DNA of 64,000 nucleotides from an uncultured Acidimicrobiia bacterium (lineage in GTDB: Bacteria > Actinomycetota > Acidimicrobiia > Acidimicrobiales > JACDCH01). Location: assembly GCA_963840695.1 (NCBI GenBank), contig CAWIZW010000011.1, forward strand, positions 51,238 to 115,237, in the 5' to 3' direction. The notes under the pieces were generated by a model. It searched no databases. It saw only the letters and a list, made by a program, of their open reading frames with translations, and was not told the origin of the DNA. This document shows, in pieces, positions 54,132 to 64,000 of the stretch. Made by a program: the position numbers and the translations under genes. Numbering within the stretch: position 1 is the first letter of the stretch; every line of letters begins with the position of its first letter.

Positions 54132-54638
54132 ATGGATGTCGTGTTGGTGCGGTGGCCAGGGGACGAGTCGTCCCGTTCGCGGCTCCGCGACGCGGGCGTC
54201 CCTCGCCTTCTCCTCGTCGAGGAGTCGGCGTCGCCACCGGCCGTACACGACGACCTGGAGGACTGGATCCGCATCCCCGCCGACGAGGTCGACCTGCACG
54301 CTCGCGTCGAGACGCTCGACCGGAGGGCACGGGAGCGGACCGCGTCCATGCCGGAGCTCGACGAGAACGGCGTCCTGCGCGTCGGCGGCGGCTGGGTGCC
54401 GCTCCCGCCGGTCGAGGCTCGCCTCACCAGTGCGCTGCTGGATCGCTACGGGGCCGTCGTGAGCCGTGACTCCCTCGGGCGTGCCGGGTGGCCCGACGGG
54501 CCGCCAGGGCGCAACGCCCTCGACGTGCACGTGCTCCGCCTCCGGCGCCGCCTGGCCCCCCTCGGGCTGGCCATCCGCACGGTGCGCTCCCGCGGCTACC
54601 TCCTGGAGTGGTCCGGTACGAACGGCATCTCCCACTGA
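54132..54638 (+). CDS. OmpR-type winged-helix regulator with degenerate, truncated receiver
   Basis: LPPVEARL..VVSR..NALDVHVLRLRRRL..IRTVRSRGY; short N-terminus lacks a full receiver. Confidence 0.85.
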   Translation: MDVVLVRWPGDESSRSRLRDAGVPRLLLVEESASPPAVHDDLEDWIRIPADEVDLHARVETLDRRARERTASMPELDENGVLRVGGGWVPLPPVEARLTSALLDRYGAVVSRDSLGRAGWPDGPPGRNALDVHVLRLRRRLAPLGLAIRTVRSRGYLLEWSGTNGISH

Positions 54639-54702
54639 CCCCCCTGAATTGGCGGTGGTTACCGGCGCAGAGGCCGAACAACCACCGCCAGTTCGGGTCG
54701 TA

Positions 54703-55452
54703 TCAGCCGGCTTGGGCCGCGACCTCGGCCGCCCCGCGCGCCGCGGCCTCGGGGTCGAGGTAGCGGCCCCCGCGGTGGATCGGCCGCAAGGTCGTGTCGT
54801 CGAGCTCGTACACGAGCGGGTTGCCCGTCGGGATGTTGAGCTCGGCGATCTCGGTCTCCCCGATCCCGTCGAGGTGCTTGACCAGAGCCCGCAGTGAGTT
54901 GCCGTGGGCGGCGACGAGCACGACCAGGCCCGCCCGCAGGTCGGGCACGAGCGCGTCAGCCCAGTACGGCAGGGCTCGCGCCAGCACGTCGGCCAGGCAT
55001 TCGCTCAGGGGAATGACCTCGGGCGGGAGGTCGGCATAGCGCGGATCGTCGGACACGTCGTACTCGCTGCCCCGCGCGATGGGCGGCGGCGGCACGTCGT
55101 ACGAGCGCCGCCACACCTTGACCTGCTCGGCCCCGTGTTCCGCCGCGGTTTGCTTCTTGTCCTTGCCGGTCAGACCCCCGTAGTGCCGCTCGTTCAGTCG
55201 CCACGATCGCCGTACCGGGATCCAGGCCCGGCCGCAGCCCTCCAACGCCATCGTCGCGGTCCGGATCGCACGGATCTGCAGCGACGTGTGGACGACGTCG
55301 GGCAGGACGCCGGAGTCGGCGAGGAGCTCGCCGGAGCGCTGGGCCTCGGCCTCGCCCGCCGGCGACAGGTCGGCATCCCACCAGCCCGTGAACAGGTTGG
55401 CGTCGTTCCAGGTCGAGCGGCCATGGCGCAGCAGCACGAGGGTCGACGCCAT
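54703..55452 (-). CDS. gpmA: 2,3-bisphosphoglycerate-dependent phosphoglycerate mutase
   Basis: [34 protein letters not shown]. Confidence 0.95.
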   Translation of the reverse strand: MASTLVLLRHGRSTWNDANLFTGWWDADLSPAGEAEAQRSGELLADSGVLPDVVHTSLQIRAIRTATMALEGCGRAWIPVRRSWRLNERHYGGLTGKDKKQTAAEHGAEQVKVWRRSYDVPPPPIARGSEYDVSDDPRYADLPPEVIPLSECLADVLARALPYWADALVPDLRAGLVVLVAAHGNSLRALVKHLDGIGETEIAELNIPTGNPLVYELDDTTLRPIHRGGRYLDPEAAARGAAEVAAQAG

Positions 55453-55479
55453 CGCCGACGAGCGTACGCTCGAAGCCTC

Positions 55480-56007
55480 GTGGTCCCGAAGCTGGTACGT
55501 GTGGCGCTCGTGGCCACCTGCTCGACGATCGTCGTCGCCGGCGGGTGTGGCGACGACGGCGGTGATGACGACGCCGCGCTGGGCCCCGGCGCCGTCTGCC
55601 CGGTGGCCCCTGCGGCCATCGAGGACGTCCTCGAGGCCACCGTGGAGGTCGGCGACGACGCCGCCGCCGGACGCTGCACGTACTCGCTGATCGCCGACCC
55701 GCCCGCCGAGGGCGAGAGCCCGGGCCGGTTGGGCGCCCGGGTCCTCGTCGACGTCCGTCCGCTCGAGGACGGCGACTACGGGCAGGCGCTCGAGATCGTG
55801 GAGCGCCGTGCCGGCCCCACCGAGGCGCTCGGCGACGGCGAGGTCGCCGGCGCGGAGCGCGGGTGGGTCAGCACGGTCGGCCGCGCCGTCGCCGTGGGGG
55901 CGGCCGATGCGGACAGCCTCGTGCGGATCGTCGTGCTCGACCCGACCCTCGACTCGGCCACCGCCCGTGAGGCGGCGCTGCGCATCGCCGGCGAGGCCCT
56001 CCGATGA
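55480..56007 (+). CDS. Putative lipoprotein
   Basis: Hydrophobic leader ending VAGGC then GDDGGDD; two further Cys. Confidence 0.6.
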   Translation: MVPKLVRVALVATCSTIVVAGGCGDDGGDDDAALGPGAVCPVAPAAIEDVLEATVEVGDDAAAGRCTYSLIADPPAEGESPGRLGARVLVDVRPLEDGDYGQALEIVERRAGPTEALGDGEVAGAERGWVSTVGRAVAVGAADADSLVRIVVLDPTLDSATAREAALRIAGEALR

Positions 56008-57338
56008 GCACCACGACGGGCACCACGACGACGACCCCTGGCACCGCCGGAACGATCCCGACGCGACGGGCCTCGCCGCCTGGGCCGCCGCGGCTGACCG
56101 ACGAAGCCGGGCGCCGGCGAGCGCTCGCCGCCATGCGCCGCCGGGCGACGGGCCTGCTCATCGCCATGACCGTCGTGTTCGTCGTCGCCCGCGGCGCCGA
56201 GGAGGGCGGGGCCGCCTGGATCGGCTACGTCCGGGCGACGGCCGAGGCGGCGATGATCGGCGGTCTCGCCGACTGGTTCGCGGTCACGGCCATGTTCCGC
56301 CACCCGCTCGGCCTCCCGATCCCCCACACGGCCATCATCCCGAGCCGCAAGGACCAGATCGGCCGCAGCCTCGGCGAGTTCCTCCAGGCCAACTTCCTGT
56401 CCGGACCGGTCGTCGCCGAGCGGGTCCTCGCCTCCCGCCCCGGGGAGCGCCTGGCCGAGTGGCTCGCCCGCCCGGGCAGCGCCGAGATCGTCGCCCGCCA
56501 CGCCGCCGACGCACTCGTCGCCGTCACCGGCGGCCTCGACGACGAGGAGATCAACACCGCCCTCCAGGACCTCGTCGTGGCCCGCCTCCGCGCCGCACCC
56601 GTCGCCCCGCTCGCCGGCCGGCTGCTGGGCGCGGTGACCCAGGACGGCAGCCATCAGGAGGTCTTCGACGGCCTGCTCCGGGGGATCGACCGGTACCTGG
56701 TCGAGGAGCAGCCCCACCTCCGGCAGCGCCTGGCGCAGGAGTCGCCGTGGTGGGTTCCCGAGCCGGTCGACGACCGCATCTTCGAGAAGATCTTCGGAGG
56801 CCTGCGGGCGTTCCTCGCCGAGGTCGTCGCCGATCCCCACCACGAGGTCCGGGCTCGCCTCGACGAACGGCTGGCCCAGCTCGTCGAGCGGCTCCAGGCC
56901 GACCCGGAGATGATCGCCCGCGGCGAAGACTTCAAGGAGGAGCTCCTCGCCCATCCCGCGCTGCGGGAGTGGACGTCGTCGCTGTGGGCCGACCTCAAGC
57001 GCACGATCGCCGAACAGGCCGTCGACCCGGCCTCGATGCTGCGCCAGCGCCTGGCGTCCGCGGTCACCGCGGTGGGAGAACGCCTGGCCTCCGACCCTGC
57101 CCTGCAGGCCCGGGTCGACGCCGGCCTGGCCCGCTTCGCCGCCTACGTCCTCGACGAGTACGCCGACGACCTCTCCGAGATCATCCGCCAGACGGTCGAG
57201 CGCTGGGACGCCGGGGTCGTGACCGACCAGCTCGAGATCCTGCTGGGCCGCGACCTGCAGTTCATCCGGATCAACGGCACGGTGGTCGGGGGGCTCGTCG
57301 GGCTGGTCCTCTACGCCGTCAGCGAGGCCATCGCCTAG
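56004..57338 (+). CDS. DUF445 family membrane protein
   Basis: [38 protein letters not shown]. Confidence 0.92.
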   Translation: MSTTTGTTTTTPGTAGTIPTRRASPPGPPRLTDEAGRRRALAAMRRRATGLLIAMTVVFVVARGAEEGGAAWIGYVRATAEAAMIGGLADWFAVTAMFRHPLGLPIPHTAIIPSRKDQIGRSLGEFLQANFLSGPVVAERVLASRPGERLAEWLARPGSAEIVARHAADALVAVTGGLDDEEINTALQDLVVARLRAAPVAPLAGRLLGAVTQDGSHQEVFDGLLRGIDRYLVEEQPHLRQRLAQESPWWVPEPVDDRIFEKIFGGLRAFLAEVVADPHHEVRARLDERLAQLVERLQADPEMIARGEDFKEELLAHPALREWTSSLWADLKRTIAEQAVDPASMLRQRLASAVTAVGERLASDPALQARVDAGLARFAAYVLDEYADDLSEIIRQTVERWDAGVVTDQLEILLGRDLQFIRINGTVVGGLVGLVLYAVSEAIA

Positions 57339-57448
57339 CCGACGTCGACGGAACGAGGCTCCGGACTCAGACCTTGCGCAGGCAGTCGCCCTCGGGTTGG
57401 AAGGAGACCTCGACGTCTGTGACCAGCCTGCCGGTTCCCGGCGCCAAA

Positions 57449-57494
57449 GTTGCTAACAAGAGACTCAACTTCTACAGTGGCCGGACACTCACTG
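57449..57494 (+). promoter_or_regulatory. dnaK promoter with HAIR-like HspR operator(s)
   Basis: TTGCTA-N17-TACAGT; GTTGCTA-N7-ACTCAAC matches the right half of CTTGAGT-N7-ACTCAAG; second ACTCAC at 57487. Confidence 0.65.
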
Positions 57495-57522
57495 CAGCCC
57501 GTCCCCCCACGGAGGCCCTCCC

Positions 57523-59370
<1,848 letters not shown>

Positions 59371-59379
59371 GAGCCGGCC

Positions 59380-59949
59380 GTGCCCGACGACACGCCGAAC
59401 GGCTCGGCGGCCGTCCCCGAGGTCGACTTCGACGAGCTCAGTGCGGCCCCGGAGTCGGGGGCGGCGCCCGCGGCGGGCGTCCGCGGTGCGCCCGATCCCG
59501 GGACCGACGCGCCCGAGCCCGAAAAGGTGGAGGTCGACCTGCCCGCCCTGCTCGCCCAGCGCGACGAGTACCTCGCGCTGGCCAAGCGGGTGCAGGCCGA
59601 CTTCGAGAACTTCCGCAAGCGCACGCTCAAGCAGCAGCAGGAGGTGGCCGCCTCCGGGGCCGCCCGCCTCGTCGAGTCGCTGCTGCCGGTGCTCGACGCC
59701 TGCGACAACGCCATCATCCACGGCGCGTCCGACGTGGCGCCGATCTACAAGTCTCTGTTCGAGACGCTGACCAAGGCCGGCCTCGAGGTCGTGCCGACCG
59801 ACGGCGTTCCGTTCGATCCCAACGTGCACGAGGCGGTGCTCCACGAGCCCGGCGGCGGCGGCGAGCCCCACATCGTCGACGTGCTGCGGACGGGCTACCT
59901 GTGGCAGGGCAAGGTGCTGCGCGCCGCCATGGTGAAGGTCAAGGACTAG
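59380..59949 (+). CDS. grpE: Nucleotide exchange factor GrpE
   Basis: [29 protein letters not shown]. Confidence 0.96.
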   Translation: MPDDTPNGSAAVPEVDFDELSAAPESGAAPAAGVRGAPDPGTDAPEPEKVEVDLPALLAQRDEYLALAKRVQADFENFRKRTLKQQQEVAASGAARLVESLLPVLDACDNAIIHGASDVAPIYKSLFETLTKAGLEVVPTDGVPFDPNVHEAVLHEPGGGGEPHIVDVLRTGYLWQGKVLRAAMVKVKD

Positions 59950-59960
59950 GGCCTGCGCCG

Positions 59961-61091
59961 ATGGCTGCGCAGCGCGAGTGGTTCGAGAAGGATTACTACG
60001 CGGTCCTGGGGGTCGCCGACAGCGCGTCGGCGAAGGAGATCAAGTCGGCGTACCGGAAGCTGTCGCGCCAGTTCCACCCCGACGCCAACGCCGGCGACGC
60101 GTCCGCAGAGGAGCGGTTCAAGGAGATCTCGGCCGCGTACGACGTCCTCGGCGACGAGGCCAAGCGCAAGGAGTACGACGAGGTCCGCCGGCTCGGTCCG
60201 ATGGGCAACCCCTTCGGCGGTGGCGGCGGGCCGGGTGGGTTCCGCTTCACCGACGGGGGCGGCGACCTGGGCGACCTGTTCGGCGGCCTGTTCGGCCGCG
60301 GCCGGGCCCGCAACCGTGGGGCCGGCCGGCCGCCGGGGAGCACCGGGCCCCAGCGCGGCGCCGACCTCGAGTCCGAGCTCCAGCTCTCCTTCGAGGGGGC
60401 GGCGAGCGGTGTCGAGACGACGGTCAACCTCACCTCCGACGTCGCCTGCTCCACCTGCCACGGCTCGGGCGCCAAGCCCGGGACGACGCCACGGGTCTGC
60501 CCGGTGTGCGACGGCCGCGGCGTGACGAGCGAGGACCAGGGCTTCTTCAGCTTCAGCGCGCCCTGCCAGAACTGCCGGGGCCAGGGCTACCTCGTCGACG
60601 ACCCGTGCCCGACGTGTCGGGGCACGGGAGCCGAGCGCCGCGCCCGTCAGGTCAAGGTGCGCATCCCCGCCGGCGTCAAGGACGGCCAGCGCATCCGGCT
60701 CGCCGGTCGTGGCGCGCCGGGCCGCAACGGCGGGCCCACCGGCGACCTCTACGTGGTCGTCCGGGTGGCGGGCCACCCGCTGTTCGGGCGCAAGGGCGAC
60801 GACCTCACCATCGCCGTCCCGATCACCTTCCCGGAGGCGGCGCTGGGCGCGGAGATCGCCGTGCCGACCCTCGACGGCCCACCGGTGACGATCAAGGTCC
60901 CTGCGGGCACGCGGTCGGGCCGGACCTTCCGTGTACGGGGGAAGGGCATCGACACCGCCAAGCGCACCGGCGACCTCTTGGTCACCGTCGAGGTCGCCGT
61001 TCCTGCGAAGCTGTCGCGGGAGGAGCGCAAGGCCGTGGAGGCGCTCGCCGCCAGCACCACCGAGTCGCCCCGGACCCATCTGGGAGTGTGA
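59961..61091 (+). CDS. dnaJ: Chaperone DnaJ
   Basis: HPD J-domain, G/F region, four CxxCxGxG repeats. Confidence 0.97.
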   Translation: MAAQREWFEKDYYAVLGVADSASAKEIKSAYRKLSRQFHPDANAGDASAEERFKEISAAYDVLGDEAKRKEYDEVRRLGPMGNPFGGGGGPGGFRFTDGGGDLGDLFGGLFGRGRARNRGAGRPPGSTGPQRGADLESELQLSFEGAASGVETTVNLTSDVACSTCHGSGAKPGTTPRVCPVCDGRGVTSEDQGFFSFSAPCQNCRGQGYLVDDPCPTCRGTGAERRARQVKVRIPAGVKDGQRIRLAGRGAPGRNGGPTGDLYVVVRVAGHPLFGRKGDDLTIAVPITFPEAALGAEIAVPTLDGPPVTIKVPAGTRSGRTFRVRGKGIDTAKRTGDLLVTVEVAVPAKLSREERKAVEALAASTTESPRTHLGV

Positions 61092-61096
61092 GGTCG

Positions 61097-61492
61097 ATGG
61101 CGAACCCCGACCACGAGCGTGTCCGGGCGGTCTACGTGATCTCCGTCGCCGCCGAGCTCGCCGGGGTCCATCCGCAGACGCTGCGCATCTACGAGCGCAA
61201 GGGACTCGTCGATCCGGCCCGCACCGCCGGCGGCAGCCGCCGCTACAGCGAGGCCGACATCGACCAGCTGCGTCGCATCCAGGAGCTGACGAACGACGGG
61301 TTGAACCTCGCCGGGGTGCAGCGCGTCATGGAGCTCGAGGCGGAGCTGGCCGACCTGCGACGCCAGATCGAGGAGCTGCGGCGCGACGCCGACAGGGCGG
61401 TCGAGGACACCGAGAAGAAGTACCGGCGCGACCTCGTCCCGCTCCAGCAGAGCATGGTCCTCTGGCGCGGCCAGGCCGCCCGCCGGCGCTGA
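61097..61492 (+). CDS. hspR: Heat-shock repressor HspR (MerR family)
   Basis: [25 protein letters not shown]; last gene of the dnaK operon. Confidence 0.95.
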   Translation: MANPDHERVRAVYVISVAAELAGVHPQTLRIYERKGLVDPARTAGGSRRYSEADIDQLRRIQELTNDGLNLAGVQRVMELEAELADLRRQIEELRRDADRAVEDTEKKYRRDLVPLQQSMVLWRGQAARRR

Positions 61493-61546
61493 GCCCGTCC
61501 CCCGCCCCGCCGGACACGGGGGTTGGGTCGATCTAGGTTCATCGTC

Positions 61547-62192
61547 GTGGCCACACCGCTCGTGATCGTCGGGGCCGGCGGCCACGGCCGGGAGGTCCTC
61601 GACGTCGTCGCCGCGTGCATCCTCGACGGGGCGCCGTACGAGTTCCTCGGCTTCCTCGACGACGGCGAGCCCGACGTGGGGCTCCTCGCCGCGCTCGGTG
61701 TCGAGCTCATCGGGACGGTGGACGATCTCTCCCGGCTCGGACCGGTCGCCGTGTTGCTCGGCCTCGGCGTCCCGGTCGTGCGACGGGAGCTGGCGCAGCG
61801 GCTGGGGCGATCGGCCGCTCGAACCGCCCGCACTCGTCCACCCGCTGGCATCGGTGGGGTCGCGCTGCACCCTCGGACCGGGGACGATCGTCGCCGCCGG
61901 TGCCCGGCTCACGACGAACATCACGACCGGCGCGCACTGCTACGTCGGCCCGAACGCGACCGTGGGCCACGACTGCGTGCTGCGCCGCTACGCCACGATC
62001 TACCCCGGCGCCGCGGTCAGTGGGCACGTGCGCATCGGCGAGGCGGCGACCGTCGGCGCCGGCGCGTCCGTGCGGCAGGGGCTCACCCTCGGCGAGGCGT
62101 GCATCGTCGGGCTCGGCGCGGCGGTCGTGCGGAGCGTGCCCGACGACGCCACGGTCGTGGGCTCGCCGGCCAAGCGGCTCCGCCGGCGTTGA
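61547..62192 (+). CDS. NeuD/PglD-like sugar acetyltransferase (frame break near 61815)
   Basis: [13 protein letters not shown], hexapeptide repeats, VGHDC, VVGSPA. Confidence 0.85.
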
Positions 62193-62280
62193 CCGGGCCG
62201 GCCCGCCGGCGTCGAGGGGTCGCTCGAGACCGCCCGTAGAGTGCCGCTGCCGCCTGCACCAGTCCCGAAAGGTCGTACCC

Positions 62281-63278
62281 GTGTCCTCCCTGCCGCTGTC
62301 GGTCCTCGACCTCGCCTGGGTCGGTCGCGGCGAGTCCGTGCGGACGAGCCTGGAGGCGAGCGTGCGGCTCGCCCAGCGGGCCGAGCAGCTCGGCTACGGC
62401 CGGGTCTGGTACGCCGAGCACCACAACATCGACTCGATCGCCTCGTCGGCCACGGCCGTGCTCATCGCCCACGTCGCCGCCCACACCGAACGGATCCGGC
62501 TCGGCTCTGGCGGGATCATGCTGCCGAACCACGCGCCGCTGACGATCGCCGAGCAGTTCGGGACGCTGGAGACCCTGCACCCCGGCCGCATCGACCTCGG
62601 CGTGGGGCGCGCCCCGGGCACCGACCAGCACACGCTGCGGGCGCTGCGGCGCGACCCGAGCGCCGCCGACGCCTTCCCGCAGGACGTGCTCGAGCTCCAG
62701 GGCTACCTCACGCGGCGACACGCGGATCCCGAGGGTGCACGCCACCCCGGGGCGGGGCACGAACGTCCCGCTCTACATCCTCGGCTCGTCGCTGTTCGGG
62801 GCCCAGCTCGCCGCCATCCTCGGCCTGCCGTACGCCTTCGCCTCCCACTTCGCGCCGGCGGCGCTGCACGAAGCGGTGGCGCTGTACCGGCAGCGCTTCG
62901 AGCCGTCGGCGCAGCTCGACCGGCCGTACGTGATCGCCGGCGTCAACGTCATCGCCGCCGACACCGAGGCCGCCGCCCACGAGCAGCTGCAGCTCACGCG
63001 GCGAGCGCGGGTGCGCCACCTGTTCGGCCGCGACGGGCGACCGATCTCCGACGATGACGCCGATCTCATCCTGCAGTCGCCGCGGGCGGCGGCCGTCGAC
63101 CAGATGATGACCTACACCGCCACGGGCCTCCCGGCCGCGGTGAAGGAATTCATGGACGACTTCGCCGATCACTCCGGCGCCGACGAGCTGATCGTCGTGC
63201 CTCAGGGCGCCACCGCCGCCGACGCGCCTCCGCTCCCTCGAGCTCCTCGCCGACGTGGCCGGGCTGGTCCCGGTCTGA
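62281..63278 (+). CDS. LLM-class luciferase-like flavin oxidoreductase (frameshifted)
   Basis: [35 protein letters not shown]. Confidence 0.88.
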
Positions 63279-63294
63279 CTTCCGGGGCGGTCGG

Positions 63295-64000
63295 TCAGAG
63301 CCGCTCGACGCCCGGGCCCTCGACGCAACGACGGGTGTCGAGCACGTGGGTCGCGGCAGCGGCGACGGCCGGGAGATCGAAGCGGTCGTGGTCGACGAGC
63401 ACGACCACGAGGTCGGCCGCCGCGGCCTCCTCGGGGGACGCGTCCACCAGGGTCGTGCCCGGCGGGACCTGGTCCTCGCTGACGTGCGGGTCGGCCACGC
63501 GTACGTCGGCTCCGAGGTCGACGAGCTTGGCGGCGATGGGCCGCGACGGCGCTTCACGCGCGTCGCCGGTGTTGCGCTTGTAGGCCAGGCCGAGCAGGAG
63601 GATGCGCCGCGACTTCACCGCCAGGCCGCGCTCGTTGAGGTGCACGACGATCCGGCGCACGACGTAGTCGGGCATGTGCTCGTTGACGTCGTTGGCGAGC
63701 TCGACGAATCGGAACGCGGTACCGAGGCGATCGCGCACCCGCCACGAGAGGTACGACGGGTCGATCGGGAGGCAGTGGCCGCCGACGCCGGGGCCGGGCG
63801 TGAAGCGCAGGTACCCGAAGGGCTTGGTCGAGGCGGCGTCGATGGCGGCACCCAGATCGATGCCGAGGTCGTGGGCGAACATGGCCAGCTCGTTGACGAG
63901 GGCGATGTTCACGTGCCGGAAGGTGTTCTCGAGCAGCTTGGTGAGCTCGGCCTCCTTCGGTGTCGGCACCGGCACCGTCGTGTCGACCAGCCGGTCGTAG
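63295..64000 (-). CDS. UDP-N-acetylhexosamine/nucleotide-sugar dehydrogenase (5' part beyond window)
   Basis: AELTKLLENTFRHVNIA, PGPGVGGHCLPID, GLAYK..DAREAP. Confidence 0.92.
   Translation of the reverse strand, partial: YDRLVDTTVPVPTPKEAELTKLLENTFRHVNIALVNELAMFAHDLGIDLGAAIDAASTKPFGYLRFTPGPGVGGHCLPIDPSYLSWRVRDRLGTAFRFVELANDVNEHMPDYVVRRIVVHLNERGLAVKSRRILLLGLAYKRNTGDAREAPSRPIAAKLVDLGADVRVADPHVSEDQVPPGTTLVDASPEEAAAADLVVVLVDHDRFDLPAVAAAATHVLDTRRCVEGPGVERL

Noticed and set aside
56004-56060. ACG/ACC-rich repeat at the DUF445 start
   Set aside because: Low-complexity Thr-rich N-terminus, not an array or element.

Overview
Very GC-rich actinobacterial chromosomal segment; gene content suggests Acidimicrobiia (inference). 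It holds about 65 genes. The first ~48 kb is mostly lipid/xenobiotic redox and hydrolase genes (BVMO, two P450s, SDRs, WS/DGAT, TauD dioxygenases, LLM), small ArsR/TetR-SRPBCC modules, a QueA-like gene, kynA-kynU, a GH15, an ABC transporter, an ATP-dependent DNA ligase and an IPT/TIG protein. The last ~16 kb is a core-like block: tRNA-Gly(CCC), dcd, an Fe-S oxidoreductase, P-II, gpmA and dnaK-grpE-dnaJ-hspR. About 20 genes carry frame breaks, most likely long-read indel errors, so some boundaries are approximate. The standout is a 306-aa Ala-starting class 3 intein (Trp-Cys-Thr triplet) with a shortened LAGLIDADG domain, inserted directly before the catalytic serine of dCTP deaminase. Other notable items: a DEAD-box helicase fused to a cold-shock domain behind a structured leader, two GlnR-box-like promoters of matching geometry in a P-II/cNMP/winged-helix cluster, and an apparently internally deleted paralog plus a pseudoknot-capable leader upstream of the IPT/TIG gene. 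No CRISPR array, rRNA, integrase or transposase was seen.
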